A stretch of DNA of 64,000 nucleotides from the NCBI GenBank assembly GCA_030390025.1, contig CM059432.1:103294001-103358000 (forward strand), written 5' to 3'. Both the position numbers and the translations under genes were made by a program. This DNA is from Squalus acanthias. Taxonomy: Eukaryota. Within the stretch, counting starts at the first letter, position 1. Every line of letters begins with the position of its first letter. The notes below the pieces were generated by a model that made no database searches, was not told where the DNA came from, and saw only the letters and a program-made list of their open reading frames with translations. This document shows positions 11,806 to 24,500 of this stretch, piece by piece.

Positions 11806-11908
11806 TAAAAGAGAAATACTGCAGATGTTGGAAATCTGAAATAAAAAATGAAAAGGCTTAAAACACTCAGCAGGGCAGGCAGCATCCGTGGAGAGAGAAA
11901 CAGAGTTA
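11806..11908 (-). mobile_element. Probable 3' fragment of a second Penelope-like family
   Basis: Reverse-complement similarity to 10405-10522. Confidence 0.5.
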
Positions 11909-12014
11909 CCGGCGGCAATTTTAACCCCTCCCCCCACCCCCAACTTAGCCAAATGCTTGAATGGCACAAATCTAAGGATGTTGTGGACAAAGCTTGAGGT
12001 GTCTGTAGAGAATA

Positions 12015-12727
12015 TGGCCTCAATTTTAACCCCTCCACCTCCAACAGGCAGGAGTGGGTCAAGGGGGGGCTAAAATATCAGGATCGAGCAACTCGACACT
12101 ATTTCCACCCCTTTAAATTTTAAAGTGCAGGAATCAGGCCATGGACTCCTACAAAAAGCAGGCAGGGTCCTAATTAACATAACAGCATCACAGCCTGATG
12201 ACATCATTGGCACCGCAACTTAAATTTAATAGTACAAGGGGGAGGCCCGACCTGGGGGATTCATGGCAGCTGATCCAAGGTGGGAGCTGCTGCCTCCACA
12301 AGGTAAGCTTTTTTAACACTCCTTGTATGCTAGAAGGAGTGCTCCCCTAAGACCCCTCAAGGAAGCCTTCGGCCTCCCCTAGCCCCGATCTCCAGCATCC
12401 CCACACACCCCTTTCGATCACTGACCTCCCCCCAGCCCTCCTGATCACTGACCTCTCCCCTGCCCTCCCAATCACTGACCTAACCCTAGCCCTCCGATCA
12501 CTGGCCGCCCCCAGCCCTCCCGATCACTGACCTAACCCTAGCCCTCCGATCACTGACCTAACCCTAGCCCTCCGATCACTGACCGCCCCCAGCCCTCCGA
12601 TCATTGACCTCCGCCCAGCCCTTCCGATCTCCAGCCTCCCCAGCCCTCCCAATCACTGACCTCTCCTCAGCCCTCCAGATCACTGACCTCTCCCCAGCCC
12701 TCACGATCACTGACCTCCCCCCAGCAC
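12015..12727. mobile_element. Left part of a probable Harbinger-type non-autonomous element ending in a minisatellite
   Basis: TIR-like GGCCTCAATTTTAACCCC, TGACATCA at 12199 and similarity to 30362-30660. No right TIR found. Confidence 0.45.
12413..12727. repeat. ~27-bp minisatellite (CCAGCCCTCCCGATCACTGACCTCCCC)n, left half
   Basis: About 11 tandem units; the array continues at 17159 after the LTR nest. Confidence 0.95.
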
Positions 12728-13412
12728 TGTAAGCAGTTTTGATCCTAGCCCAATTGCTAGACGGACGGTTCGAATCACCCCCGCCTTACGAAAATTCTAT
12801 ACCCGGGAATTATTATTCAGAGTGTAAATGAAATAAGTCATGGACAGGAATGCTTCGGTGAAAAATTGTACTTATATTTATTTGGTCTAACATACACTGG
12901 CTAAAACATGCACTACTAAACGAAATCACTGTCTCTGTGGAGAATAAAAATCCAGGTTACAAACAACATACATACAGTACCCAACTGGGGACTATGACAA
13001 GCAGTAATTCCCTTGTTGCTATGGTGGACTCTAATTCCACCCCTACCAACGAATTACCCAGTCGCATAAGCCCCTTCGCCTGGCTGAACCAAACGAAGCT
13101 CCCACCCCGGAATAGCCCAAAAGCTTCACTTCTGAGAAAAACTCAGCCCTCTGGTTACCGGCTTGGGACACTTGAGGCCATGCTTACCACCACACGCAGT
13201 CGGTCTCGATCGCTCCGCTTAGCTGTTTCTTCCTCTGGTACTTCTTCTTGTTAGGTCGATCTTGGTGCAGCGAGAGCAAGAGAGAGAGAGAATGGTGGGA
13301 AAGGGTTTATCTTTATAGGAGTCTCGCTACCCCTATCTTTCCAGCCAATCTTTAAAATCCTTTTGTTTCTAAGCACTCCGGTGCTTAATCAATGATGGGT
13401 CATCCTCAGACC

Positions 13413-16400
13413 TCTAGGTGGTGGTGGTTTGTGTCAGCTTTACCTCTGACTTCTAAGCGGTTCGAATCGCTCCCACTCCCTTGGTTATAGACCTTGGTCT
13501 TATTTGGGGGTTGTGATACAAAAGGTGCAGCAGACAACTGAGTTTGATGAAAGAACTTCAATCTTTATTAAAAGGTAAGACACAAATAATAACACTCTTA
13601 ACACTCTAAAGGTGGGGAACACTTCGGTACAAGCGAGGGAAATGACAGTAGAACAATACTTCACCCCTCCCAACCCCACTTTACTAGCTAAGTTAGGTTT
13701 TGAATGACCAGGGATAATGTTCACCAATCCTTTGACAGTTGGGCTAAATCGCAGTTTTGGGGTTCGCTGTTTATGGCGGTTAGTGTCTGCCGTACCCCGT
13801 ACGTGGTAGAGGACTTCACCTGGGTCTCTGGTCAGTCTTCACGAGTCCGCTGATGCGGTAGGATGTCGTTATGGATTTATCTGGTGAGTACCCAATTTCT
13901 TTAGTTTAGCAGTAGGGCTTAGAGTCTTTGAGGAAAATCTTACCCAGGGGTAAGTCAGGAGTAGTTTGTAGTGTGGAAACTTTGCGATTCTTCGGGTTTT
14001 CTTCCCTGGAGTTGGTCTTTGTTGGTCGCGGTGGCCTGCTATTACCCGGTCAGTTGGGGGTAATGCGCGGTTGTTGGTTTCGTGAGGCCTTTTGTTTCCG
14101 CGATGGCTTTAGGCCTTGTTTAGTGTGTCGGTCAACCTCGTGGAGCCGTCGGTGACTTGTTGCTGCTTGTTGCTCCGGGTGACTGTGTTGCGGCCGTTGT
14201 TGGAGGTCAGTCGAGGTGGTGTCTTCGCGAGCTGGACTCAGGTGCGTCTGAGTGGTGAGCGATGCCGACTCGCTTCCAGCTTGGGCTTTCTTCTTCTTGG
14301 TCTCTTCTCCTTCTGATGACCACCGGTTGCGACTGACTGCTCGACCCAACGACTTTGAACTGCTGTGTGTGCTTGGTGGGCCTTCAATTATACTGAATTG
14401 AAGTGGCCTTATCTACCCGCCAAATCTACTTAGTTCATTGTCTGGTTTTTAGCGGGCTCGTAAATCGGTGTAAGGGGTTCGCGTGGCTCTGTGCTTAGCC
14501 TGGGTGCTAGTGTGGGGTTAGGCCTTGTTGCCTGTTCTGGTCTCCAGCCAGCCTGGTAGCACTAGACACCTGTGAGTGGTTCGACCCACTCGCCCTTACG
14601 GTTCTGACACTGGACTTAGGTGCGAGAGCAATAATGCAGAGAAAACTCAGGTAGACCCGGTTGAATAGTACGAAATGGAAAATCTTTATTGCATATTATT
14701 CAAGATTACGAAATACATGTCATAAGCACAGATTAATGACAGTACAAACTTACATACATTTATGCAACTAGGTTTAGGGAAACGAGGAGCGCACGACACA
14801 TCGTAAAAGGGGACACACATTATAATTATCCTTAAAACATAAACCCTCCCCTATCAATACCTGTCCTAATCTAGATCTGTAGGATCGAGACTCATGCTCA
14901 CCACTCGTGATAACTCGGAGAATTCCGAAACACTGCTCGGATGTTTTCACCACAGCACCTGACTATTCACGTGTTGATCAGGGGTCTCTGTACCCCACTT
15001 GTTTACTCGCTTTGCTCCGGCTAGCAGGCTGGACCGTCTGCTGTCATGAAGATCTGTGTTGACCTCGGAACTCTGATAAAACTCAAAGAAGAGTCTTCCT
15101 GTGCCCGACACCAGTTAGCCGGTAAAATTCAAAGAAGAGTCTTTCTGGACCGACACCAGTTGGCGGTAGAATTCGTGTGGTAACCTGTAAATGGTCTTTA
15201 TAGTTCGGGCGCGGTCGGGGTTTACTGACCGCGGTGGCACGTGCAGTCGTCTTCTTCTTCTTCTTGTCTTGTTTCGTCTCGTCGGGCCTTCGGGTCCTTA
15301 CACCGTCTACCGACCCTCGGGATGGTGTACCCGCTTACCGGCCTTCGCAGCCCAGCTCTTCACAGATCTTCGCGGCAAGCCACGAGGTTGACTCCCGGAA
15401 GATCAGTGGACCAAGAGCTCGGTGGGCCGCAAACGAGAGCCAGGGGTCGAATCAAGAGAGTCAAGAGAAAGATGGACGTTTGTTTACTACAGTTATAGTA
15501 CTGTAATTCTTTATCTCCCGCCCAATCTTAATGTTCATCTTTTGTCATGTTTTGGCGCTCAAACTTCTTGTATGGGGTGGTACTTGTTGTTAATGGGTTT
15601 CGGTGATACTTGTAACTGTCTGAGTACCCGTTAATATTTCTCCCCTTGTGGAACTGGCTAGGAGTCTCCCTGGAGGGGTTTTGGGGGCCTCCGAATTCTT
15701 GCTGTGAGTACCCGCGAACGGCTCTCTCATCGTAGAGCCGTGGGGAATTTGCGTATCAATGTCTTTGGATGGGCCCCTTGATTGCCCAGTACAATAGCTC
15801 TCATTTGTGCATGGAAAACCCGATTCCAGCACTTATATTCCTTGCTTGGGTGTTAAAATGCAAAACGATCTCGTCTTGTCTTATCTCAATATGCTGAGTC
15901 CTGTCCGATCTTGCTGAAATGTTTATTGAAACGCCATCTTGTCTGCCTACTGAAAGTCTAGAACCTTCTGCCACGAGGCGTGGCGGCCATTTTACAGGCT
16001 GCTTGTGTCCGTTTTGAAACCTGACAGCATTTTGCTGAAATAAAACTGTGTTTCCGAAACTGTATGTCTCTTTCTCATTATTTTTAAATCGCGATAATTT
16101 GCGAATTCTACATCGGCAACGACTTACTAGCACGTTAACTGGGTTTTTAACAGGCCTTCAATCTCACCCATTGAACATGGCCTTATCTACCCGCCAAATC
16201 TGCTCAGTTCATTGTCTGAATTTGGCGGGCCTGTTACCAGTAACTGCTCTGTAAGTGTCAAATGGGTTTCGGGATGGTTTGCATCCTGTCGATCTCCTTG
16301 GCTGATCACTGGTGATTGGTTTCGTGTTTTGGGTTTCTAGGCTGGACTCAGTCTTTTCTATAGCCTAGTCCTGGGTGATTTGTATTATGCATGTTTTCTG

Positions 16401-16724
16401 ATGGGTCCTGTAATCGGTTTGATGGGACCGGTTGTTTTGGGTGGGACTGTCTTCTCCTAGGGTCTATTGTCAAAATGTTAATGCTTGCTGGGGCTTTGAG
16501 TGAGGTCATCCCAGTTCCTCAGACATTGCAATTAACTGCAATACCCAAAACTGCTTTTACAGTGGTCGAACCCACCTCCTTGTCCCTTTACAGGCCCAGA
16601 CATAGTTTTAAAATGCCAAAACAGTCTCTTAGGTTAGGCCCAAATACAATATTATCACTCTGAGGTAGTTCCAAAGTGCTTTTTCCTTAGGTTTTGGGGA
16701 TCTGCAAATTTTGGAAACCTTACA
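13413..16724 (-). mobile_element. Solo LTR family B (own sequence 13413-14468 + 16117-16724)
   Basis: Reverse complement of 27151-28823; TSD GACC at 13409-13412 and 16725-16728. Confidence 0.88.
14469..16112 (-). mobile_element. Solo LTR family C
   Basis: TGTAAGG...TTCTACA ends; TSD TCGG; homologous to 22890-24580 and 51053-52683. The empty site is visible in the other LTR-B copy at ~27785-27795. Confidence 0.9.
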
Positions 16725-17158
16725 GACCCGTGAGTATTCCATGATTGGACTAATGGCCCTAAGTCTGGGACATCTCTCGGTCTTTGTGTTGGGAAAAACT
16801 GGTTCCTCTCCGGCTGGCTAGGCCAGTGGGTTCATTGTTCTGCTTCTCTTTTGAGATTAAGGTGAGAAGTGCTTTTGCATATTAGAGTGGCTCTCTAATA
16901 GGTTCAAGTTCAACGGGTCAATGGCCCCCTTCCCTTTTTCCAGGACTGTCGGGTGAACCCATACCTTTGGGATGACTGACAGTTCTTTTGTCACAGCCAA
17001 CTGCCATGCGTTCTCTGGAGTTTTAACAAACCAGTTTTTCACATATCTGCACAGGGTGATCCCATCACAGGGAAAATACCCTCAGAAAAATCCCATAAAG
17101 TCCACAAAATATTCTCGACTGAGTCCATTCTTCAAACAGAGACTTTCCGATCACTTCA

Positions 17159-17432
17159 GCCCTCCCGATCACTGACCTCCCCCCAGCCCTCCCGATCACT
17201 GACCTCGCCCCAGCCCTCCCAATCATTGACCTCCCCCCAGCCCTCCCGATCAATGACCTCCGCCCAGCCCTCCCGATCACTGACCTCCCCCCAGCCCTCC
17301 CGATCAATGACCTCCGCCCAGCCCTCCCGATCACTGACCTCCCCCCAGCCCTCCCGATCACTGACCTCCCCCCAGCCCTCCCGATCACTGACCTCTCCCC
17401 AGCTCTCCCGATCACTGACCTCCCCCCAGCCC
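17159..17432. repeat. ~27-bp minisatellite, right half
   Basis: About 10 more units of the 12413-12727 array. Confidence 0.95.
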
Positions 17433-17712
17433 TGTGCCTGGGCGGGTCGGGTGCGGGTGGTCGGCATGGCGGGTCGCGACCCCGTTGCTGCTTCCATCCC
17501 TCTGCAGAAAACGACTTTGCGATAATGAGCCCTATTAAGCCCACCCTGTGCGTTACCCAGCCCAATTAAATGGTGTAGGTCTGATGACGCATCCATGATG
17601 TGCTTTCAGCCGGGATATTTAAAGGGGCCATGGCCACATTGCATTTGAAGGTTCGTCTAGGAGTGTGCAGGCAGCACATTGGAGGTTTTCATTGCTCCAA
17701 ACAGTTGGAGAG

Positions 17713-19685
17713 ATGGCTGCACTGAGGCAGAGGGCTGCACCCAGGTTCTCCAATGACTACCTCCATATGCTTGTGGAGGGAGTCAGTGCACACGGGGAGG
17801 TCCTCTTCTCTTCCAATGGGCGGAAGAGACCTCCCCAGGAGACAAAAAAAGCCTGGCCCCAAATTGCAGAGGAGGTCAACAGCAGGGATGTGGTCAGGAG
17901 GACCTGGGTGCAGTGCCACAAACGTTTCAATGATCTCATTAGATCTGGAAAGGTGAGTACAAAGCCACACTCAATTTTATCCTGCCATGTCTCTTATCAC
18001 ATCCCCATCACTCTGCCTTCCCAACCCTACTCCTGCACATCCTTACTCACACCAACATACCTTGCACATCCACCCATCCCTCTCTCTATCTACATTATCA
18101 CATCCCCATCTTACTAGTCACCCATCACACTCAGCCTCATCCTAGTGCAATCATACCAATTAACAACACACAAGGAGCCCACTTGGCATTGCGACGCCAA
18201 TTCATCATAGCCTCCCTCTAAAGATGTAATCCATCCATTCCTTAAACTCATTCCATCACTCTCACTCAACCTTCTCTTCTTTCCCTCCTTGCAGGAGAAG
18301 AGAGCGCACAATAAGAGGGAGAGGGAGAGAACTGGAGGTGGCCCTCCAACATTTGCCACCCTCACAACAGGAAAGAAGGCTGCATTGGAAGTCTCGGGAG
18401 TGGCCGAGCAGCTGGAGGTGGGAGATGGAGAGAGGGGAACATCTCAGCAACCTGGTGACAGAATTACATATCAGACAGCCACATGGCATACATCACTCAC
18501 TCATTTGGGGCCTGATGTCAGCAGCCACTGAATGGTCATCATGTGCATAATGATATGTGCACCCATTCTTCATATGGTATATCTAACTCATTCTTTACTC
18601 TCCCACGGGTCAATCATGAGCACACCCCCCCCCCCCCCACCACTGTCCAGGAGGAAGAGGAAGACAACTCCTCAGAGGAGCCTCCAGCCTCTGAGGGTGC
18701 AGCTTCACCAGACATGAGCGCACCCAGCACCAGCGCAGAGACGCACACCTCGGTGGGTCCCATGTGAGATAGAGTAGTGTTGTCACCGGGTCCATCACAA
18801 GTCACAAGTGAGCAAGAGCAGATGGTGGAGACAGGGACAGCAGTGGAGACTCCTCGTCGGAGGGCGCAGGACGTTCCCAGCTCTGCTCAGCTGCATGCAG
18901 ACGCTGAGCCTCGGGGGCCATCCAGAAAGAGGGCGATCCAGGAGGTACAGCAAGAAGTGCAGGAGGCTCTGACAGGTTTTGCGAGCGCGATGTCTGCAAA
19001 TGTTCAGAGAATGGAGGAGTCCATCTCCAACATGAGCACCACCATGTCGCAGGCCATGGTGACTGTAGGCTCTTCCATGGATAGGATGGCCACCTGCATG
19101 GAGCAGCTAATGCACCACTCACAGGAGCACATGGTCTCTACGGAGAATAGATGGCTATCTATGGAGGATAGATGACTACCTATGGAGGATAGATGACTAT
19201 CTATGGAGGATAGATGACTACCTATGGAGGATAGATGACTATCTATGGAGACTAGATGGCAGAGGCTCATAGACCTCTTGTCTAGGAGGGATGTCAGCAT
19301 AAACGTGGATCCTCATGGCCCCACTGATGTGCAGCAAGGTGCTCTCCAGCTGCTTGCTAGCAGGGAAGTGCGGGTGGCCCATGAGAGGGATGATAGTGAG
19401 AGGGGAGAGGGAAGTGTGGGCTCCTCTCAAAGCACTTACACTTCTCCCCCATTGGCACCCATTCAGTCAGAGCCCCAGATGCCTCCTGGGATCGCGATGG
19501 CCGAGTCTGGCCCTGCACAGTCGCAGGAGGAGCAGACTTTGGTGGGGCCATCACAGGCGCCAAAATCCAGATGATGTCCTCTAAGCAGTCGCGGCAGGGA
19601 AGTGAGCAGGCTACCTTCCTGCTGAAGCCACAGGGGTAGCACTTCGTAGAAGCATGGGGAAGAAAAAGCGCTGACAGATTTGAAT
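17713..19685 (+). pseudogene. Harbinger Myb/SANT-like accessory gene, 3 exons (17713-17952, 18295-18454, ~18608-19685); no transposase partner present
   Basis: MAALRQRAAPRFSND..LVEGV..W.QIAEEVNS..RTWVQCHKRFNDL, then a GTGAGT donor. Exon 2 EKRAHNKRERERTGGGPP. Exon 3 acceptor is mutated and has stops. Homologous to 47883-49863; upstream 17435-17630 resembles the right end of that element. Confidence 0.88.
19134..19258 (+). repeat. 21-bp tandem repeat (TCTATGGAGGATAGATGACTA) x~6 inside Myb exon 3
   Basis: In-frame 7-codon unit SMEDR(W/*)L. Confidence 0.9.
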
Positions 19686-20104
19686 AAGTCCAAATGAAAG
19701 ATATCAGAAAATATCAGACCAAATCCAAATTGGCAGCAGCGTTACTTATTTTGTATTTGAACAAAACTTTAGCACTCAACCTGGTTTATTAACAGAGAAC
19801 AGGAAAATAATGACCCTTTTGCTATTTATAGTCAATCATAGTTGGTCATATTACTGCAGTTATTGCTATTCAGATGTCAGGCAAGGCTTTTGTTGTGGCA
19901 AGGTGTGGAATTTTCAGTGTGTGTAAAACCTTGCATCATCTATTTTGCCATGTATAGGCTGGTTTGTATCAGTTGCAACATGTCAACTCATTGTACATTA
20001 AGAAATACAGAAGATAGTGTAGAAAGGTCAAATAAGACATGATGTTGCAATAAATAAAGTTTGCTATGAACCTTCATTATAGTATATTAGGTGAGCCATT
20101 GATT

Positions 20105-20834
20105 CCGTCCCCCTCTTTGGCCACTGTTTCAGGCTGAACCAGACAGTTTGCAACCTCGGCGTCCTATTTGACCCTGAGCTGAGCTTCCGACCTCATAAAG
20201 ACCGCCTACTTCTACCAATGTAACATCGCCCATCTCCACCCCTGCCTCAGATTATATGCTGATGAAACCCTCATCCATGCTTTTGTTATTCCAATGCTCT
20301 CCTGGCCAACCTTCCATCTTCCACCCTCCATAAACTAGACCTCATCCAAAACTCTGCTGTCTGTATCCTAACTCACACCAAGTCTTGTTCAACCATCAAC
20401 CCTGTGCTTGCTAACCTACATTGGCTTCCGGTCTACCAGCACGTCGATTTTAAAATTCCCATTCTTGTGGTCAAATCGCTCCACGGCATCGCCCCTCCCT
20501 ATCCCTGTAAACTTCTCCAGCCCTACAACCCTCCTAGAACTCTGCATTCCTCCAACTCTGGTCTCTTGTGTATCTCCCATTCCTTTCGCCCCACCATTGG
20601 TGACTGTGCCTTCATCGTCTAGGCCCAAAACTCTGGAATTCTCTCCCTAAACCTCTGCGCTGTTCTCTCTCCTTGTTTAAAATATTCCTTAAAGTCTACC
20701 TCTTTGAAGAAGTTTTTAGTCCCCTTTCCTAATATCTCCTTCTTTGGCATGGTGTCAATTTTTGTCTAATAATGATTCTGCGAAGCACCTTGGGTCCTTT
20801 TACTACATTTTTTGTATCATATAAATGCCAGTTC
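20105..20834 (+). mobile_element. L2 LINE 3' fragment
   Basis: Fragments NLGVLFDPELSF, LIQNSA and LANLHWLPV..FKI..KSLHG.APPY; homologous to 63127-64000; tail TATAAATGCCAGTT. Confidence 0.85.
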
Positions 20835-20846
20835 TTGTTATTGAGA

Positions 20847-21052
20847 AATGTGAGAAGTCGCACAACACCAGGTTATAGCCCAACAGGTTTATTTGAAATC
20901 ACAAGCTTTCGGAGCGCTGCTCCTTCGTCAGGTGACAAAGGAGCAGCGCTCCGAAAGCTTGTGATTTCAAATAAACCTGTTGGACTATAACCTGGTGTTG
21001 TGCGACTTCTCACATTTGTCCACCCCGGTCCAACACCGGCATCTCCACATCA
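20847..21052 (+). mobile_element. Non-autonomous palindromic mini-Penelope, second copy
   Basis: Same structure and same central junction (TCAGGTGAC) as 7060-7266; TSD TTGTTATTGAGA at 20835-20846 and 21053-21064. Confidence 0.9.
20899..20935 (-). ncRNA. Minimal hammerhead ribozyme
   Basis: Minus strand reads TCAC-CTGACGA-A-GGAGCagcGCTCC-GAAA-GCTT-GTGA. Confidence 0.75.
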
Positions 21053-21559
21053 TTGTTATTGAGAGTAATGCTATTCCTTACATATCCCCATAACAACGGC
21101 CAGGCTGCTGTTAAAGTGAAAGGGAGGGTAAAGCCCCTACTATCAGAAAAACAATAATATGAATATGCATTGCTTTGGCTGTGAGACTCATATGATGGCA
21201 GTGATATGGTAGTGTAAGCATTGGCCTGATCCATCATCAGTCAGCCTTTCATCTGTCTATCTGTCTCTAGACATCAAGAGCTGAATGCATGGCAGCTCGA
21301 AGATAGCACACTGTTATCCTTGATCCAAGCTTGTACTATGAGAAATAGGAAATTGAATATTTGCAAGAGTGTAAGCACTGACACCGCAGACTGGTCCTTA
21401 GCGTGAACTACTGGAACTCATGTAATCACACTCTTGAGACTTCCTTCTAAAAAGGAATTATGATATATTTTAATCATCCTTTTGCATTGTTCTGTTCAGT
21501 TATATCTTTTTTTTAAATTTAAACTTCATACCCAGAGATCCTATTCTGTGATTGGGCCA

Positions 21560-24500
21560 AACAGTTCCAGTACAACCATAACACTGGCATCTATCCAACA
21601 ATGTGGAAAACTGCCCAGGTATGTCCTGTTCACAAAAAGCAGGACAAATCCAATCCAGCCAATTACCGCCCCATCAGTCTACTCTCAATCATCAGCAAAG
21701 TGATGGAAGGTGTCATCAACAGTGCTATGAAGTGGCACTTACTCACCAATAACCTGCTCACTGATGCCCAGTTTCGGTTCCACCAAGACCACTCGGCTCC
21801 CGACCTCATTACAGCCTTGGTCCAAACATGGACAAAGGAGCTGAATTCCAGAAGTGAGGTGAGAATGCCTGGCCATGACATCAAGGCAGCATTTGACTGA
21901 GTGTGGCATCAAGGAGCCCTAGTAAAACTGAAGTCAATGGGAATCGGAGGGGAAACTCTCCACTGGCTGGAGTCATACCTAGCACAAAGGAAGATGGTTG
22001 TGGTGATTGAAGGTCAATCATCACATCCCCAGTACATCGCTGCAGGAGTTCCTCAGGGCAGTGTCCTAGGCCCAACTATCTTCAGCTGCTTCATCAATGA
22101 CCTTCCCTCCAAGATAAGTTCAGAAATGGGGATGTTTGCTGATGACTGCACAGTGTTCAGTGCCATTCACAACTCCTCAGACAATGAAGCAGTCCATGCC
22201 CGCATGCAACAAGACCTGGACGACGTTCAGGCTTGGGCTGATAAGTGGCAGGTAACATTCGCGCCACACAAGTGCCAGGCAATGACTATCTCCAATAAGC
22301 GAGAGTCTAACCACTGCGCCTTGACATTCAATGGCATTACCATCACTGAATCCCCCATCATCAACACCCTGGGGGGTCACCATTGACCAGAAACTTAACT
22401 GGACCAGCCACATAAATACTGTGGCAATAAGAGCAGGCCAGAGGCTAGGTATTCTGCAGCGAGTGTCTCACCTCTTGACTCCCCAAAGCCTTTCTACCAT
22501 CTACAAGGCACAAGTAAGGAGTGTAATGGAATACTCTCCACTTGCCTGGATGAGTGCAGCTCCAACAACACTCAAAAAGCTCAACACCATCCAGGACAAA
22601 GCAGCCCCCTTGATTGGCACCCTATCTACCACCTTAAACATTCACTCCCTCCACCACCGGCGTACCGTGGCTGCAGTGTGTACCATTTACAAGATGCACT
22701 GCTGCAACTCGCCAAGGCTTCTTCGGCAGCACCTCCCAAACCCGCGACCTCTTCCACCTAGAAGGACAAGGGCAGCAAGCGCATGGGAACACCACCACCT
22801 CGAAGTTCCCCTCCAAGTCACACACCATCCTGACTTAGAATGTTACCAATCCTTCATCGTCGCTGGGTCAAATTCATGGAACTCCGTACTGTAGAATTCG
22901 CAATATATCACGATTTTATAAATAAGGAGAAAAACACATAGTTTCGTTCAAACAGCTTTATTTCAGCAGAATGCTGTCAGGTTTTCAAAGTGGACACAAG
23001 CAGCTTGTAAAATGGCCGCCGCACCTCGTGGCAGAACATTCTAGACTTTTCAACAGGCAGACAAGATGGCGTTCCAGTAAACATTTGTGCAAGATCGATT
23101 AAGACTCAGCACATTGAAGATAATACACGAGACATCATGGGTTTACAGTATACACATAAATACTGAAATCGGTCTCCCAGGTGCGAATGAGGGCTGTTGT
23201 ACTAAGTAATCAAGAACCCATCCAAAGACATTAATATGTAAAATCCCAACGACTCTACGATGAGAGAGCCGTTAGCGGGTAGTTACAGAAAACACTTGGA
23301 AGCCCCAAAACCCCTCCAGGGAGAACACCGACCGATTAAACAATGGGAGAAATATTAACAGGTACTCAGACATTTACGAGTAGCCCCGAAACCCATTAAA
23401 ACGAAGATCACCCTATACAAGACATTTGAGCGCCAAACCCTAACAAAAGAAAAGACATTAAGGTTGGGCGGGAAACGGAAGATTTTGCACTATAATTGCA
23501 AGCCCCAAACCGTCCATCTTTCTCTTATTCGGTTGACTCTTATCCTCGTGGCTGCTCCTATGCTCTTGACCCGCCGTCTTGTTCCTGCTTGCCTCGTGTC
23601 TCTTTTCAAAAGACTGTTGAACTTTACGATCCGCTCGAATCTACCTCGTGTCGTGTCGCGAAGACCTGTGTAGAACTGGGCTCTGAAGCCTTGAAGCGGG
23701 CGCACCATTCCGATAAGTCGGTAAACGGTGTTGGAACCGAAGGCCCGAGATGAGATGAGATGAGATGAGAAGAGAAGAAGACCATACTTATCGCCACGGT
23801 CAGTAAGCCCCGACCGCGCCTGTAGGTCGAATAGACATTTTCCTTGCCAGGAAGACTTCTTTGAGTTCTACAGAACTGACACAGGAAGACTCTTCTTCGA
23901 GTTTTATCGAACCGGTGTGAGGGCACAGGAAGACTCTTTTTTGAGTAGAGTCGGAACTCCGAGGACAACACAGATCTTCATGACAGCAGACGTTCCAGCC
24001 TGCTAGCCGGAGCAGAAACGAGTAAACAAGTGGGGCCAGGAGACCCCCTGATCGACACGTGGGCGCTGCGGTGAAAAACATCCGATCAGAGTTTTCGGAA
24101 TTCTCCGAGTTATCACGAGTGGTGAGCATGAGTCTCGAATCCTACGAATCTAGCTTAGGACAGATATTGATAGGGGAGGGTTTTAAGTATTAAGGATAAT
24201 TGTAATGTGTGCCCCCATTTACGATGTGTCGTTCGTTCCTCGTTTCCCCGAAATTAGTTACATAACTGCGTGTAAGATTGTACTGTCATTAATCTGTGCT
24301 TATGACATGTATTTCGTAATCTTAAGTATTATGCAATAAAGATTTTTCCATTTCGTACCATTCAACCGAGTCTACCTGAGTTTCATCTCCATTACTGCTC
24401 TCGCATCTAAGTCCAGTGTCTAGAACCGTAAGGGCGAGTGGGTCGAACCACTCACAGGTGTGTCTAGTGCTCCCAGACTGGCTGGAGACCAGAACAGGCA

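Larger units (their letters stand above)
12728..17158 (-). mobile_element. Solo LTR family A (own sequence 12728-13412 + 16729-17158), host of nested LTRs
   Basis: TG...CA ends (TGTAAG / CTTCA); 4-bp TSD GCAC/GCCC with one mismatch; minus-strand TATAAA at ~13313-13318 and AATAAA at ~12877. Confidence 0.7.

Noticed and set aside
12413..17432. Possible CRISPR-like array
   Set aside because: Units are head-to-tail with no unique spacers, there are no cas genes and the context is eukaryotic.
17065..17596. Repetitive ORFs (GGRSVIGRA / SPQPSRSLT)
   Set aside because: Translations of the 27-bp minisatellite.
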